A DNA stretch of 63,832 nucleotides, the filler included, from Octopus bimaculoides (taxonomy: Eukaryota), in the NCBI RefSeq assembly GCF_001194135.2. It is 3 parts of 2 records of this genome, joined end to end, with 100 filler letters (N's around TTAATTAATTAA, not from the genome) between each part and the next. Parts side by side here need not be neighbours in the genome. Positions count along the whole stretch, not along the records: positions 1 to 31,354 come from NC_068998.1; 2 more parts are not named here. One strand, given 5' to 3'. The notes under the pieces were generated by a model that saw only the letters and a program-made list of their open reading frames with translations, was not told the DNA's origin and did no database searches. How positions within the stretch are numbered: the stretch's first letter is position 1; each line of letters begins with the position of its first letter. Shown piece after piece: positions 1 to 12,190 of this stretch. A program made the translations under genes and the position numbers.

Positions 1-304
1 CAGTACCGCCTGACTGGCTCCTGTAGGATTTTCGAGCGAGATCGTTGCCAGTGCCCCTGGACTGGCTTGTGCGGGTGGCACATAAAAGACACCATTTCGA
101 GCGTGGCCGTTTTCGTGCGGGTGACACGTAAAAGCACCCACTACACTCTCTGAGTGGTTGGCGTTAGGAAGGGCATCCAGCTGTAGAAACTCTGCCAAAT
201 CAGACTGGAGCCTGGTGTTGCCATCCGGTTTCACCAGTCCTCAGTCAAATCGTCCAACCCATGCTAGCATGGAAAGCGGACGTTAAACGATGATGATGAT
301 GATG
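1..304 (+). mobile_element. 3' end of an RTE-tailed retroelement (LINE 3'UTR or SINE sharing it) ending in a (GAT)n tail
   Basis: Ends ...CATGCTAGCATGGAAAGCGGACGTTAAACGATGATGATGATGATG. A homologous tail lies on the minus strand at 24885-25035, and a related tail at 26435 is contiguous with RTE ORF2 C-terminal coding sequence. Confidence 0.75.
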
Positions 305-920
305 AATAAGAATGATTATTCATGTTTTACCTTCTTTGAGGAAGCTTAAGCTGTAGAAAAACTTGATGTATGTTTGTATGTATGCATATATATATATGTA
401 TAATGCCTATATATATCTGTGTATATAATGTAAAAAAATAGAGATTTGGAATTTGGGCAGGCACATTATAAGTATCTGATATAATCCAGATCTGGCTAAC
501 CACATTGAGAGGGAGCATACAGAATTCTTTAAGATAAACAATTACATGGTACTTCGTTCGATAGGAAGTCCTCAGTTTATCTGATCCACCAGTATGGATA
601 AAACCTTGCACAAAGCTGCATAGAAATGTCTACCATGGATGAATATGCACTGAGCCAAGTAATTCTACATAAATACTATTTTAAAGGATATTAGGACACT
701 TATGCAACAAAACTAGTTTTTGGATCGGAATCTAATGTGAATTTAGTGACAATAAAACTGTATCATTAATGAAATATATTCTGTTAGTATATTATACACT
801 GAATTTATAATGAGTGCTCTTTGTATAAAATGTCAAAAATATTAATAATATAAAGTACTTAGACATTAATATGAGCGATTATATATACTGTATTTTGAAA
901 TAATAGCATGAAATTCAGTG

Positions 921-1308
921 TCAAAAAACTTTATCACGAAGATATATATGTCTAAAATAGTATTGTATTAAAAATATATATAAAGATAAATTAAATAAAA
1001 CTGTAATAAAAAAAATTTTGGAGATGTATAATTCTCCATTCTTCTGTATGTATATATGTGTATATACACACACATATATATACATATATACACATATATA
1101 TATAAATATATGTATGTATACATATATACATATATATATGTATATATACATATATAGACACACATATATAGACACACATATATACATTTATATACATGCA
1201 TATATATATACATATATACATATATACATATATATATACATATAAATATATATATACATATATATATGCATATAAATATATATACATATGCATATGAATA
1301 TATATATA

Positions 1309-1378
<70 letters not shown>

Positions 1379-1412
1379 CATACATACACACACACACACA
1401 CACATATATAGT
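921..1412. repeat. Compound (TA)n/(CA)n/(TACA)n microsatellite
   Basis: Direct reading; explains the YIYI/CVCV ORFs in the track. Confidence 0.95.
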
Positions 1413-2699
1413 TATATAAAGTAACAAACTTAGGAAAAGAAATCCTTCAAAGGGGTGTGTTAAACATCCAATTCACTGGTGGATACCATATAAATATCGG
1501 TATAATTCTAAGATAAATTAAATATAGAGATATTCTAAAAACAATCCAATAATTTATTTATATTACAATGTTATACTAAATACTGTGAATATGATATAGA
1601 ACATAACATGATATCATATAAATAATTATAAAAACCGTAAAAGGCCAACAAATTGTTTCGACATATATATTTTTTCTGATATACATAACCACAGATACAC
1701 TATATATAAGTCACTTCAGGGTCCTTTGTTCAGAGAGACGAAATCCCATGTGAAAAGACTGCTGGATTGTAAAAATTAATTCAACTGTCTGTGTTATGAG
1801 CATGAACATTGACTATATGGGGTATTTTGGTTATTACATTTACAGTCTTAAGTCCATTTTAGCAATAATTACGGAATTCTCCTTGCAATAGATTAAGTAA
1901 ACAAAGAGAGAAATTTTCATTAGGTTTCTATTCATATCTACTACGGAATTATCCCTCCGAGAAAATAATAAATATAGAAGATTATTATTAGTTAATTTAA
2001 ACAATAAATATTTTTATACCAACTAATTTAAATAGAGAAAAGAGTTGTCATATTGAAGATATTGTTTATATATTTTTTGTTGCAGTTACATGTAGGAGAA
2101 GACTTAGATGCATAATTATAAATATTTATATACACACATATATATATAAAGACTTGACTGCAAGGACTCATGACGAGAACCTTCATCTGTGGCTCCGGAT
2201 TCCTCACCACTTTCAGATATCATCTGAAGAGCAAGATAGGGCTGGAGAGGAGACGTCTGTCACAAGGTGTTTTTGACAAAAGATGGAAGGCTGTGGTAAG
2301 AAAAGTGGGTGCAAGTGACCCTGCTTAATCTTCATGGAAAAGGAAAAGGTGTAGTTGCTGGGCTCTCCACCCCATCAAGTTTTACCAGGTCTCATGCCAA
2401 TATGGTTGCCATGCCCAGAGATAATAACCAAGCCATGACCAGCATCACAGGGAGCATCACCAAAGACCCTGGTACCACCGCCACAGATACTGAACAAACC
2501 ATAGATGCAGATAAAGTGACCAGGTCTGCAATGTATGTGGAAACCAGTACACACCCTGCACCTAGATATAATGGCCTATCCAGAACCAATGACATGGAGG
2601 AGATATTTGCCAGTACCAGTTCCAGTACCTCAGATGAGGACCAAACATTCATCTTCGACACCAATGAGATGACCAGCCTCGTGCCATATGTTACCAGGA

Positions 2700-3026
2700 G
2701 TATGACTAGGGCCACATCCCATGTTTGTAAATATATTGGTTCGACGAGTACTTCATTCAAGAAACGTTTTCTTAACCACCCGTCATTCTTCAGAGTCCCA
2801 GAAGGCCATGTGTGGCACCTCAGAGATCATGTGGAAATTAATTGATTATCCAGACCTGTATGTTAATGGAAGTGACCGTTGCAAGATCTGCATCACAGTG
2901 AGTACCAAAATTCTTAAGGGCTATAAAAGGCTTGGTGCATTAAACAGCCATAAAGAAGTATTTTCTAAATGTATCCACTTGAAGCATTACTTACTGGAAA
3001 ACTGGATCTTCCCATTTACTTGTTAG
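2700..3026 (+). mobile_element. Penelope-like element GIY-YIG endonuclease remnant (frameshifted)
   Basis: Two overlapping frames read KYIGSTSTSFKKRFLNH..FR....VWHLRD and IMWKLID..Y.NGSDRCKIC....IL......LNSHKEVFSKCIHLKHYLLEN. This matches the YIG.T...F..R..NH...W.L....W......C.LC..E......LN...E..SKC.H pattern of PLE endonucleases. Confidence 0.8.
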
Positions 3027-3167
3027 ACCTCTCTAAGTCTATACAGGTTTTTTTCCCCTTTGATTAAGGGGAAATAACCTGTCCTCATTAACGTTTTCTT
3101 GTATTCCTTGAGTTCTGAGCATTTCCTCACGTCTGTGACATAGATATTTTAAAATATTGTATTCATA

Positions 3168-3230
3168 TAGCGTCTGACGAGGTGTCCACAAGGCTTTGGT
3201 TTTGTGGATGCGATACCTTTGGTAACTCTA
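3168..3230 (+). ncRNA. Type I hammerhead ribozyme, core mutated (GAAAC>GATAC), in the PLE terminal repeat
   Basis: TAGCGT-CTGACGA-G-GTGTCCACA(loop)TGTGGATGC-GATAC-C-TTT-G-GTA-ACTCTA. Stems I, II and III pair, the cleavage triplet is GUA, and it lies about 140 bp after the endonuclease stop. Confidence 0.7.
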
Positions 3231-3548
3231 AGTAAAATTTTGTTGTAATATATATACACATATATGTGTGTGTATGTGTTTGTATGTATGCATGTATATG
3301 AATATTTTGTGTGAGTGTGTGTATATATATGTGTGTGTGTGTGTTGATATAAAAAATTTATGAACTTTTTATAGAATGTGGAATAATTGTTTTTCTTTGT
3401 TTGGAATTAGGTCTTGAAGTACTCATAAAACTATATGTACTTTGAAATTAATCACAAAGCAAAATGTGTGTGTGTCTGTGCATACCTATGCATATAAGCT
3501 CACACGCCCTCATTGGCATATGTATCTCTCTCTCTCACTCTCTCTGTG

Positions 3549-3594
<46 letters not shown>

Positions 3595-4067
3595 ATGCAT
3601 TAAGACATTTACCATTGGATTATTTTTGTTTCTTTTTTTAGTAATATTTGATATAATTAAGGGTAGTAAACTGCAGGATCAGTAGAGAATCTTTCAAAAA
3701 TTCTGCATTGTTCGTAACATCTAAATACAAATTTATATGAATTATATTAAGACTTATTAAGAGAAAAACTTATTGAATGGTTGAATAATAAATTAATGAC
3801 TTTAAGAAAATAATTGTTTCATGTCTATAGTATAATTATATAGTAATTAACTTAATAGCCCTAATATACTTTATGTATTACTTGTAGCTGAAACTTTTCA
3901 GTATATAAAAGTATTTGTGTCCATAAATATGCAAACATATGCATGCATGCACACACACATACACATGCATGCATATACTGAGTGAGAGAGAGAGGGGGGG
4001 GAGAGAAAGAGAGGCTAAGAGACATTACAAATTAAATAATGCTATATTGATTATTATTATTATCATT

Positions 4068-5196
4068 GCCTTTGCACTGCTTCTAATGCTGGAGATGTAC
4101 TGCAGTCTCAGCTGTTCACTGCCAGGGAACTAAGATAACATCTCTTATTTTTTGAGCACCTTCCGGAGTATTTGAGCGGTTCCAAGCAGTGCCGTTTTCT
4201 ACAAGTGCTCCACCCTTATTGCAGCCCCTATTTGTTCCACGTACTCCTTGAGATTTTTGCTCACTGTTCCCAGGGCCCCGACAATTATTGCTACTACTGC
4301 TACCTTTTTCATCGACCACAACTGCGCAACTTCCCAAGCTAACCTGTCATATCTATCAATTTTTCTTTCTTCCTTGTTGCATACCTTATTGTCAGCTGGG
4401 CATGCTATGTCTATGATCCAGTATAGTTTGTTTTCTTTCTCAATTAAGACTATGTCTGGCTTTCTATTCTCTATCTCACGGTCGCACTGAATCATGAAAT
4501 CCTGTAGGATCTTTGCATTTCTATTTTCGATAATGCCTTCAGGTTTGTGGTAGTACCAATTTTTTGCTCTGTCAAGTCCATACTTGTTGTAAAGTGTCCA
4601 ATGGAAACCTGGCTATATTGTCATGGCATCTCTTATATTCCTTCTGGGCTAGTGCTGTACATTGGCTGGTAATATGCCATGCAGTTTCACTGTTTTGTCC
4701 ACATATTCTGCACTTATCACTTTCTGCTGTGTTGTCTATTCTGTATTGTATGTAGTTTGTTCTTAGTGCTTGCTCTTGGGCAGCACAGATTAGAGCCTCC
4801 GTTTCCGGTTTTAAATCACTTTTAGTCATCCACAGCCATCTTTTTTCTCTGTCTGTCTTATCTTCAACATCCCTATCAAATTGTCCATGCATTCTTTTCT
4901 TTACCCACCTATTTTCAGTTTCATTCGTTTTCAATTTCTTGCATAGTGCTTTATCTTTGCAATCTTTCATCCTACAAAAGCCTGACCTTCTTACTTCTAA
5001 TAATAGCAGTTCTGTGGCATTTTTACATACCATGCTATGTTCTTTTCTTCTGCTCTAATGCTGTGTTCACATCCAATAAGTCCTCTTCCCCCTCTTTTCC
5101 TTGGTACATACAGTCTGTCTGTGTCACTTTTTGGGTGGAGCGACCCATATCTAGTTAACAACTTCCTTGTCTTTCTTTCTAAGCTGTTTAGTTCGT
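4068..5196 (-). mobile_element. R4/Dong-clade non-LTR retrotransposon, 5'-truncated (CCHC plus restriction-like endonuclease)
   Basis: ORF track 4572-5033 gives CRICGQNSETAWHITSQC..LAQKEYKRCHD; 4199-4495 gives KPDIVLIEKENK..IIDIACPAD...KIDRYDRL...GALGTV. The 3' end abuts (TAA)n. Confidence 0.9.
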
Positions 5197-5219
5197 CTAT
5201 TATTATTATTATTATTATT

Positions 5220-6572
5220 CAGTAGTTTTATTTTTATAACGTGCTTTCACTTCACTACCGAGCGCAGCTCTGTGCGCCTTGGGTATGTGCTGTGGTTTGC
5301 TGTGGTGCTCTTATGTTTACTGTATTGAAAGTGTTTTGCGTAGAATGTGTGCAGTACCCAGTAGTGCAATTTTCTGTATGTTATATATATTTGTAAGTCC
5401 TGGTGTTTTTGTTATGTATTTGTCTGAATATTTTTTTATTATACCTAAGGCACCTACTATGATAGGAATTGTTTCTGTTTTTAGATTCCACATTCGAGTT
5501 ATCTCTATTTCCAGGTCTTNNNNNNNNNNNNNNNNNNNNNNNNNNNNNNNNNNNNNNNNNNNNNNNNNNNNNNNNNNNNNNNNNNNNNNNNNNNNNNNNN
5601 NNNNNNNNNNNNNNNNNNNNNNNNNNNNNNNNNNNNNNNNNNNNNNNNNNNNNNNNNNNNNNNNNNNNNNNNNNNNNNNNNNNNNNNNNNNNNNNNNNNN
5701 NNNNNNNNNNNNNNNNNNNNNNNNNNNNNNNNNNNNNNNNNNNNNNNNNNNNNNNNNNNNNNNNNNNNNNNNNNNNNNNNNNNNNNNNNNNNNNNNNNNN
5801 NNNNNNNNNNNNNNNNNNNNNNNNNNNNNNNNNNNNNNNNNNNNNNNNNNNNNNNNNNNNNNNNNNNNNNNNNNNNNNNNNNNNNNNNNNNNNNNNNNNN
5901 NNNNNNNNNNNNNNNNNNNNNNNNNNNNNNNNNNNNNNNNNNNNNNNNNNNNNNNNNNNNNNNNNNNNNNNNNNNNNNNNNNNNNNNNNNNNNNNNNNNN
6001 NNNNNNNNNNNNNNNNNNNNNNNNNNNNNNNNNNNNNNNNNNNNNNNNNNNNNNNNNNNNNNNNNNNNNNNNNNNNNNNNNNNNNNNNNNNNNNNNNNNN
6101 NNNNNNNNNNNNNNNNNNNNNNNNNNNNNNNNNNNNNNNNNNNNNNNNNNNNNNNNNNNNNNNNNNNNNNNNNNNNNNNNNNNNNNNNNNNNNNNNNNNN
6201 NNNNGAAAACAGTTTTTTGTTTTGCTCGTGTTTTGTGGCTATTTGTATTAGTTTCCCTTGCTTCTGGAGTAGGTATTTTTGCAGTCCTATGGTGGTTATT
6301 TTATAATAGTTTTCTAGCTGTATAAGACCCCTGCCACCTTCTGTGCGTTGTATATATAGCCTTTCTATGTCAGATTTTGGGTGGTGCATCCTATATCCTG
6401 TCATTATTTTTCTTGTTTTCCTGTCTATTTTACATAGTTCGTTTAGTGTCCAGTTAAGGATGTTGTAGCTGTAGCTTATAACTGGGACAGCTAAAGTGTT
6501 GATACCCATTATCTTGTTTTTAGCATTGAGCTCTGTTTTTAGTATTGATCTAACTCGTCTATAGTACTCTTT
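5220..6572 (-). mobile_element. Second R4/Dong-type LINE (RT thumb to RLE C-terminus), spanning N-gap 5520-6204
   Basis: INTLAVPVISYSYNILNW...IDRKTRKIM...HHPKSDIERLYI.R..GGRGL; C-terminus DLEIEITRMWNLKTETIPIIVGALG...LLGTAHILRKTLSIQ*; 3'UTR then (TAA)n tail. Confidence 0.9.
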
Positions 6573-6574
6573 CT

Positions 6575-6639
6575 TTCTTTATTTTTTTTTTATTATTATT
6601 TTTATTATTTTTTTTTTTATTATTATATTTTTATTATTA

Positions 6640-6721
<82 letters not shown>

Positions 6722-6730
6722 TATTATCAT
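6575..6730. repeat. (TTA)n microsatellite, ~150 bp
   Basis: Direct reading. Confidence 0.95.
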
Positions 6731-6732
6731 TT

Positions 6733-8050
6733 CATTTACGCACAACAATTAGACTGTTGGAAAAAAATTCCCAGCATTTGACTACAACAAATAACCTTAG
6801 ATGTCAGCAACCTTCCTAAGTGTTCTAGTTGTCCCTAATAATATTGTTTTCTGGAACAGCACTAAACTAGGTTTTATGCCTATTTCCTCTATACATTCTC
6901 CTTAGGTTGTCCTATGTTTTCTTGCATTGTTTCTGTGCCAGCATTCTACATTCACTAACTATGTGAGTAACATGTTCGTCAAGGATGAAGAACTTGATTC
7001 AAATTGAATTCCTTCCTTGTTCTGATTAGATTTGTTAATTCAGATTTTGTCTAGATTACAAAATCTGCTGAATATCTAAGTAATGATACTGCCTAAGTAT
7101 TTTCAGCCTTCACTAGATTTGGACTTCATTAGCTTCCTCCTCCTTCTGATGTTCATAATTTTTGCTTTCATTTCTATAGTTAGTACTCTGTCAGATTCTA
7201 CTACTCTTAGATACTTATAATATTCTCTGTCCTTCTGTGATTCTAATGGTTGGCCATCTGGTAACTGAATGCCTTCACTGCTACCCTTTTTATGATTAAT
7301 ATTGTGCATTTATCTATGCCAAATCCCATGCCTACATCTTTGCTGAAGAGTCATACAGTTTGTATTAAAGAATCAATCTCTTTATTTGATTCTTATTAAA
7401 AAACTTCAGATCATCCACAGAACAAATAGTTTATTCTTCCTTTATTATCTCTAAGCTGATGCTCTGCCTTTACCTTCCTTAATATTAAGCAAAACAAAAA
7501 TATTAAATTAGACAATGCGTACATCTGGAAAATTCTTCTCTTGATATTCTTCCCTAAGTTGTATCACCTTAATAAAGATCTACTTTCCATTTCTTCATGC
7601 TACAGTGAATTAACTCTATGTTGTCTGCAATATTGAATATACTCAAACATTCACTTATCCATAAGGGTAGAATCATGTCATAAGCTTTCTTATAACCTAT
7701 CCATGCCATTGCTAAATTTTTCTTTCTAGATTTCATTTCTTTTAGAACTGCTTTGTCTATGTATAATAGACCATGTGTTCCTCAAACCTTCTTCCTGCAA
7801 CTTTTGTATTTTTCTGGAAGTAAATTCAGGCTGTCATGAGGCTTGTAAATGTTTTCTGAAAGCATTCCTGTTAACAGCTTCCATACTAATGGTAAGAAAA
7901 TGATTGGTCCATAATTACTAGCTATGCTGCCCTTGCTGTTGTCTTTCATAAGGACTAACTGTTCATCTATTAGTCATCCAATTAGGCATGACTCCTCCAT
8001 TCAGGCAATCCTGAAGTTTTGTATCTGTGTTTGTCCATCTCCACTTGACA
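6733..8050 (-). mobile_element. Third, older and internally deleted R4/Dong-type LINE
   Basis: Minus-strand RT motifs NYGPIIFLPLVWK (~7890), LLPEK.K.CRK (~7810), KNLAMAWIGYKKAYD (~7700), VDDLKF (~7400), YKYLRVVESD (~7200); HIVSECRMLAQK (~6950); terminal QKTILLGTTRTLRKVADI*. Confidence 0.85.
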
Positions 8051-8054
8051 ACTG

Positions 8055-8218
8055 GTGTTGTTTTAGTTACATCACTGTAACTTAGTGGTTTGGCAAAAGA
8101 GATGATAGAATAAATGCCAGACTTAAAAATTAAATTCAGGGGTTGATCTGCTCAACTAAAACTCTTTACGAAGTTGCACAAGCATGGCTACAGTGCAATG
8201 ACTGGACCAAATAACAAA
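8055..8218 (+). mobile_element. 3' half of tRNA-derived SINE (family B, CORE-like)
   Basis: Matches the 3' half of other copies (e.g. minus-strand 20095-20290), including the AGCATGGCTACAGT..AATGACTG..CAAATAA tail. Confidence 0.65.
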
Positions 8219-9609
8219 AAAATATGTAAGGTTTGTAATTTTGCATATTGATAGAAAATGCAATGGAAAAGGGTCAAGAAGAAATGCTAAGCTATTAGAC
8301 AAAAATGTCTTGTGACATTAATACATCTCTTTTTATACAGTGAGTTTAAATCCCAGAGATTGACAGAGTAAGCACGAATAAGACCTTCTCCTGTTCAGCT
8401 CTCTTGGGAGTTTGTTACCACTATTAATTCTTGTGATGAATACTGAAGGTATACTGAGTAATAAATACCATAAGAAGAAACCATCAGAAAACGTCTTAAC
8501 ACCATTAGGAGATTAATTAAATTCATTTGACATCACACATAATGACAAAGTCTTGAACACTTTGTGACAACTAAGAAATTGAAAGGAAGAAGCTGAAGAT
8601 GATACTCAATGATCTTACCAGCTAGCTACAGAAAGACCAACCCAGTTACTTGATACAATGTTCATGGGACAGGTGGAGTAAAGGTCTGTGATTGCTGATA
8701 TCTAAAGTATGGGACATAAAGGCACTGAAGAATATACCAAGATGTATTTAAAATCAGATTATATTGTCTCTGCTATAGATTTCCAGTCTTGTACTATAGT
8801 AAGGAAGTATTATGATGAAATGATATTTTATGTAAAGAAATATATTTGTATTCAAAAAGAAATACACATAAAAATAGGTGTTGTTGTTGTTGAAGTAAAA
8901 CTTCAGTACCTCAGTCATCACTAACTTATAAAAAGATTACCAAACAAGTTGGTAACTTTTCTGAGACAACTATAGTTATAATGTTCTTCAGACTTCCCAA
9001 TTATTCATAGCTGTATTGTATAACAGAAAGACAGAAAGAAAAATAAAGAAGATGCTCCACAATAACAACAAATTTATGGTAAGAACAGATTTACAAGGAA
9101 ATGATCAGAATATCAAATGAATTTCAAATGCTACTTTAATATTCAACACATTCTGTTTATACACAAACATACTCATACAAATATACACATTTATTATCAG
9201 TCTATCTGTATGTGTGTCTGTCTGTCTAGTTATCTATCTATGTATTTATCTATTTAGCTATCTGTCTGTCTGTCTCTCCCTCTCTGTTCATATAAAAAAC
9301 ATATGTATGTACACTATGTGTGTGCCTATGTAAAGTTAACTGATACAACAATAAAGCCATTCCTTTCAACATACATCAGCCTATCCCAACGCCTCATCAT
9401 AAGTCATCTCTCTTTCTTTCACATCCTCTCTTTCAGTGGTGGAGGCTCTTTTATACTTTAAGTTACATGATTTCAACCCAGTGGTTGGCAAGTAAAACAA
9501 AAAGAAAAATGCAAAGTTTGAAAGCACACTTTAGACTTACTGAGAGCAAAACAAATGCAAGTGGAAAATGAGTTACTTTTTGAAAGTAACTCTGCTCCTA
9601 CAATGCATA

Positions 9610-11050
9610 ACAATTATCTGTAAGGTACCAGTGAGTGATGGGTCAAAATGATTGTAGTGATACTGAGTAAAGTGTCAAGTGGATTCCATTTTCTATCTCT
9701 TATATCTAATATCTCCAGACATAAGGAAATTCCTGAAGTAAATCTAGTGGCATATACCTCCATACTGATGCTGACATCAGATAGCTGAATACTGAAAAGA
9801 TGTCTCCACAACTTGGGAGACATCTGCATCTATGATGCATGACAATTGCTTGTACTGCACCTCATCTGTAATGTACCAGTGTATGATGTGTTGAAGCGAT
9901 CGTAGTGCTTTTGAATAAACTGTCTTGTGAATTCCGCCTGCCTTCTCTGTTAGCCTACCTGGGATTTCACTGCATTTCTCATGTGTCCATAGTTTATACA
10001 GTATACACACATGGCATTCCTACAAGTTCCTTGTCTACTTATTGGGCATTACCATTCTTGTGATGTTAGCAAGGTTTGATTCTTTTCTCCTACTTCAGAA
10101 TACTTTAGTCATTGTCAAGGAAATTTTGAAGCCTCTCAATTCTAGGTTTTGCTTCCACACCTGGAATTTCCTCAGTAAATTCTTTGCCGATTCATATATA
10201 TGACCTTGATCATCAGTCTAGGGGAGCTAACAAAGGTTGCTTATCTTAAACTCTTCAATTAATTACTTGGCAGAATATTGTGAACAGAAGCATAGTGAGA
10301 AGAGAGCCCTGATTGATAGTACCTGAACCCTGGATTTGTTGCAGAACTTATTGATAACTCTCACTTTGCTGATTGTGCGTCTTTATATGGCTTGTATGGG
10401 CCTCACAAGTGATTCATCTAGACTTACTCTTCTGAGAGTCCACCAGACCATCGAGCAGGGAATCCTATTGAAGGCTTTCTTTAGGACGACAAATGTCAGT
10501 AATAGTGGCTTACTCCTCACTAAGTATTTCCCATGTAGTGCACCACTCAGAAGATGACATCATTGATACTTCTCCCAGTCATTTCATCTAGCCTAATTCT
10601 CATTATAATCTGTTGCACTATAACTCTTTCTATAACTTCTTTAACTTGATTTAACACTTTGATACCTCTGTAATAACTTTTTCTAAAGCTAACATCTTTG
10701 TAGCAACTAAGAATGCATCTGCTTTAACAGTCACTAGTTATCGTACCTTTCTGGACCACATGGTTGCCTATGTGGGATATTGACCAATACTGTACAGTGC
10801 AGGATATTTTAAATATTTGTGATGTCTCCTGATGGAATAGGTGCTTTCTCCGTATTCATATTCTTAATTACTCTATCTACCATATTGTTGTTAACTTGAA
10901 TGGCTGGTCTCTCAGTAGGGGTAACTTGCAGTAGATCTTTCTCTTTTGCATTCTTCTTATTCAGAAGACTCTTGTTAAAACTTCCACACCTTTCTACTTT
11001 TAGCTCCACTATAATTCTGAATACACTTCTCACCAACAACATCTCTGTAT
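9610..11050 (-). mobile_element. Degraded RTE-clade LINE ORF2 (reverse transcriptase)
   Basis: Minus-strand KYLVRSKPLLLTFVVLKKAFNRIP..VWWTLR (10400-10540); AIQVNNNMVDRVIKNMNTEKAPIPSG (10830-10900); CILYKLWTHEKCSEIPGRL Cys/His insert; many stops. Confidence 0.8.
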
Positions 11051-11117
11051 TCTCTTGAACACTACCTTCTACCGCAAAATCTAGACTGCCTCATGCTTCT
11101 GATCACTATACTTTAGA

Positions 11118-11153
<36 letters not shown>

Positions 11154-11249
11154 ATGCATTGTGTGTGTGTGCATGCACGTGTATGTCTGTGTGTGTCCAT
11201 ATATATATTTGCATGTATGTATATATACACACACATATATATGTATGTG

Positions 11250-11580
11250 AAGGCACATGGCTCAGTGGTTAGAGCGTTGAGCTTACGATCATGAGGTTGT
11301 GAGTTTGAATCCCGGACGAGGCTGCATGTTGTGTTCTTGAGCAAAACACTTCATTTCACGTTGCTCCAGTTCACTCAGCTGTAGAAATGAGTTGCAACAT
11401 CACAGGTGCCAAGCTGTATCGGCCTTTGCCTTTCCCTTGGATAACACTGGTGGCATGGAGAGGGGAGGCCGGTATGTATGGGTGACTGCTGGTCTTCCAT
11501 AAATAACCTTGCCCAGACTTGTGCCGTGGGGGGTAACTTTCTAGGTGCAATCCCATGGTCAAACTTGTGCCGAAGGGGGT
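11250..11580 (+). mobile_element. tRNA-derived SINE (family C; ACG in anticodon-like loop, Arg-like head)
   Basis: A box TGGCTCAGTGG, B box GTTTGAATCC, loop TTACGAT. Homologous copies at 30670-30800(-) and 52875-53585(-). Resembles the Arg-tRNA-derived OR SINEs of Octopus (assignment by recall, not by search). Confidence 0.8.
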
Positions 11581-11984
11581 CTCATATATGTATATATGTA
11601 TACACACACAAACAAATTTTTTCATCCATCCATACATACACATATATTCATATGTTGTGTGTGAGTTATATCCTTTATTATTAGTATTAGTGTATGTGTA
11701 CGCACATGCACTGTGTATTGGTGAGTAAATGCTTTATGGTTTGTAGCTGATATTGGCTTCTGTTTTTTTATACTCATGTGTATGGGTGTGCATGCACTAG
11801 TTGTGTTTTCTGAGAATGTGTACATAAGCATGAACATATCTAATATTCATTTACATTGTATAGATCAGTTGGTAGTATTGTGGGTCTGTAGATGTTGGGT
11901 TAGTACCATTAGCTAATACGTGTGCATGTATGTCCATCTAGTTGAATATGTGTATATGCACCTATATATTCTTTTCTACTCTAG

Positions 11985-12190
11985 GCACAAGGCTCGAAAT
12001 TTTGGGGGAGAGGGGGGGCTAGTCAATTAGATCGACTCCAGTATGCAACTGGTACTTAATTTATCAACTCCGAAAGGATGGAAGGCAAAGTCGGCCTTGG
12101 CAGAATTTGAACTCAGAATGTAGCAACAGATAAAATACCGCTGAGCAGTTCGCCTGGTGTGCTTACATTTCTGCCAGCTCACTGCCTTAT
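11985..12190 (-). mobile_element. tRNA-headed SINE with Meta/MESC-like central domain (family D)
   Basis: Minus strand reads GCCTTCCATCCTTTCGGAGTTGATAAATTAAGTACCAGTTG. Other copies at 38200-38425(+), 46490-46670(+) and 59490-59670(-). Confidence 0.7.

Noticed and set aside
440-620. Exon-like segment open on both strands (DLANHIEREHTEFFK on +, FVQGFIHTGGSDKLRTSYRTKYH on -)
   Set aside because: The strand cannot be decided, no family is recognised, and the length is compatible with chance.
8320-8900. Possible Penelope RT remnant (SYRKTNP)
   Set aside because: A single short motif in heavily interrupted frames is insufficient.
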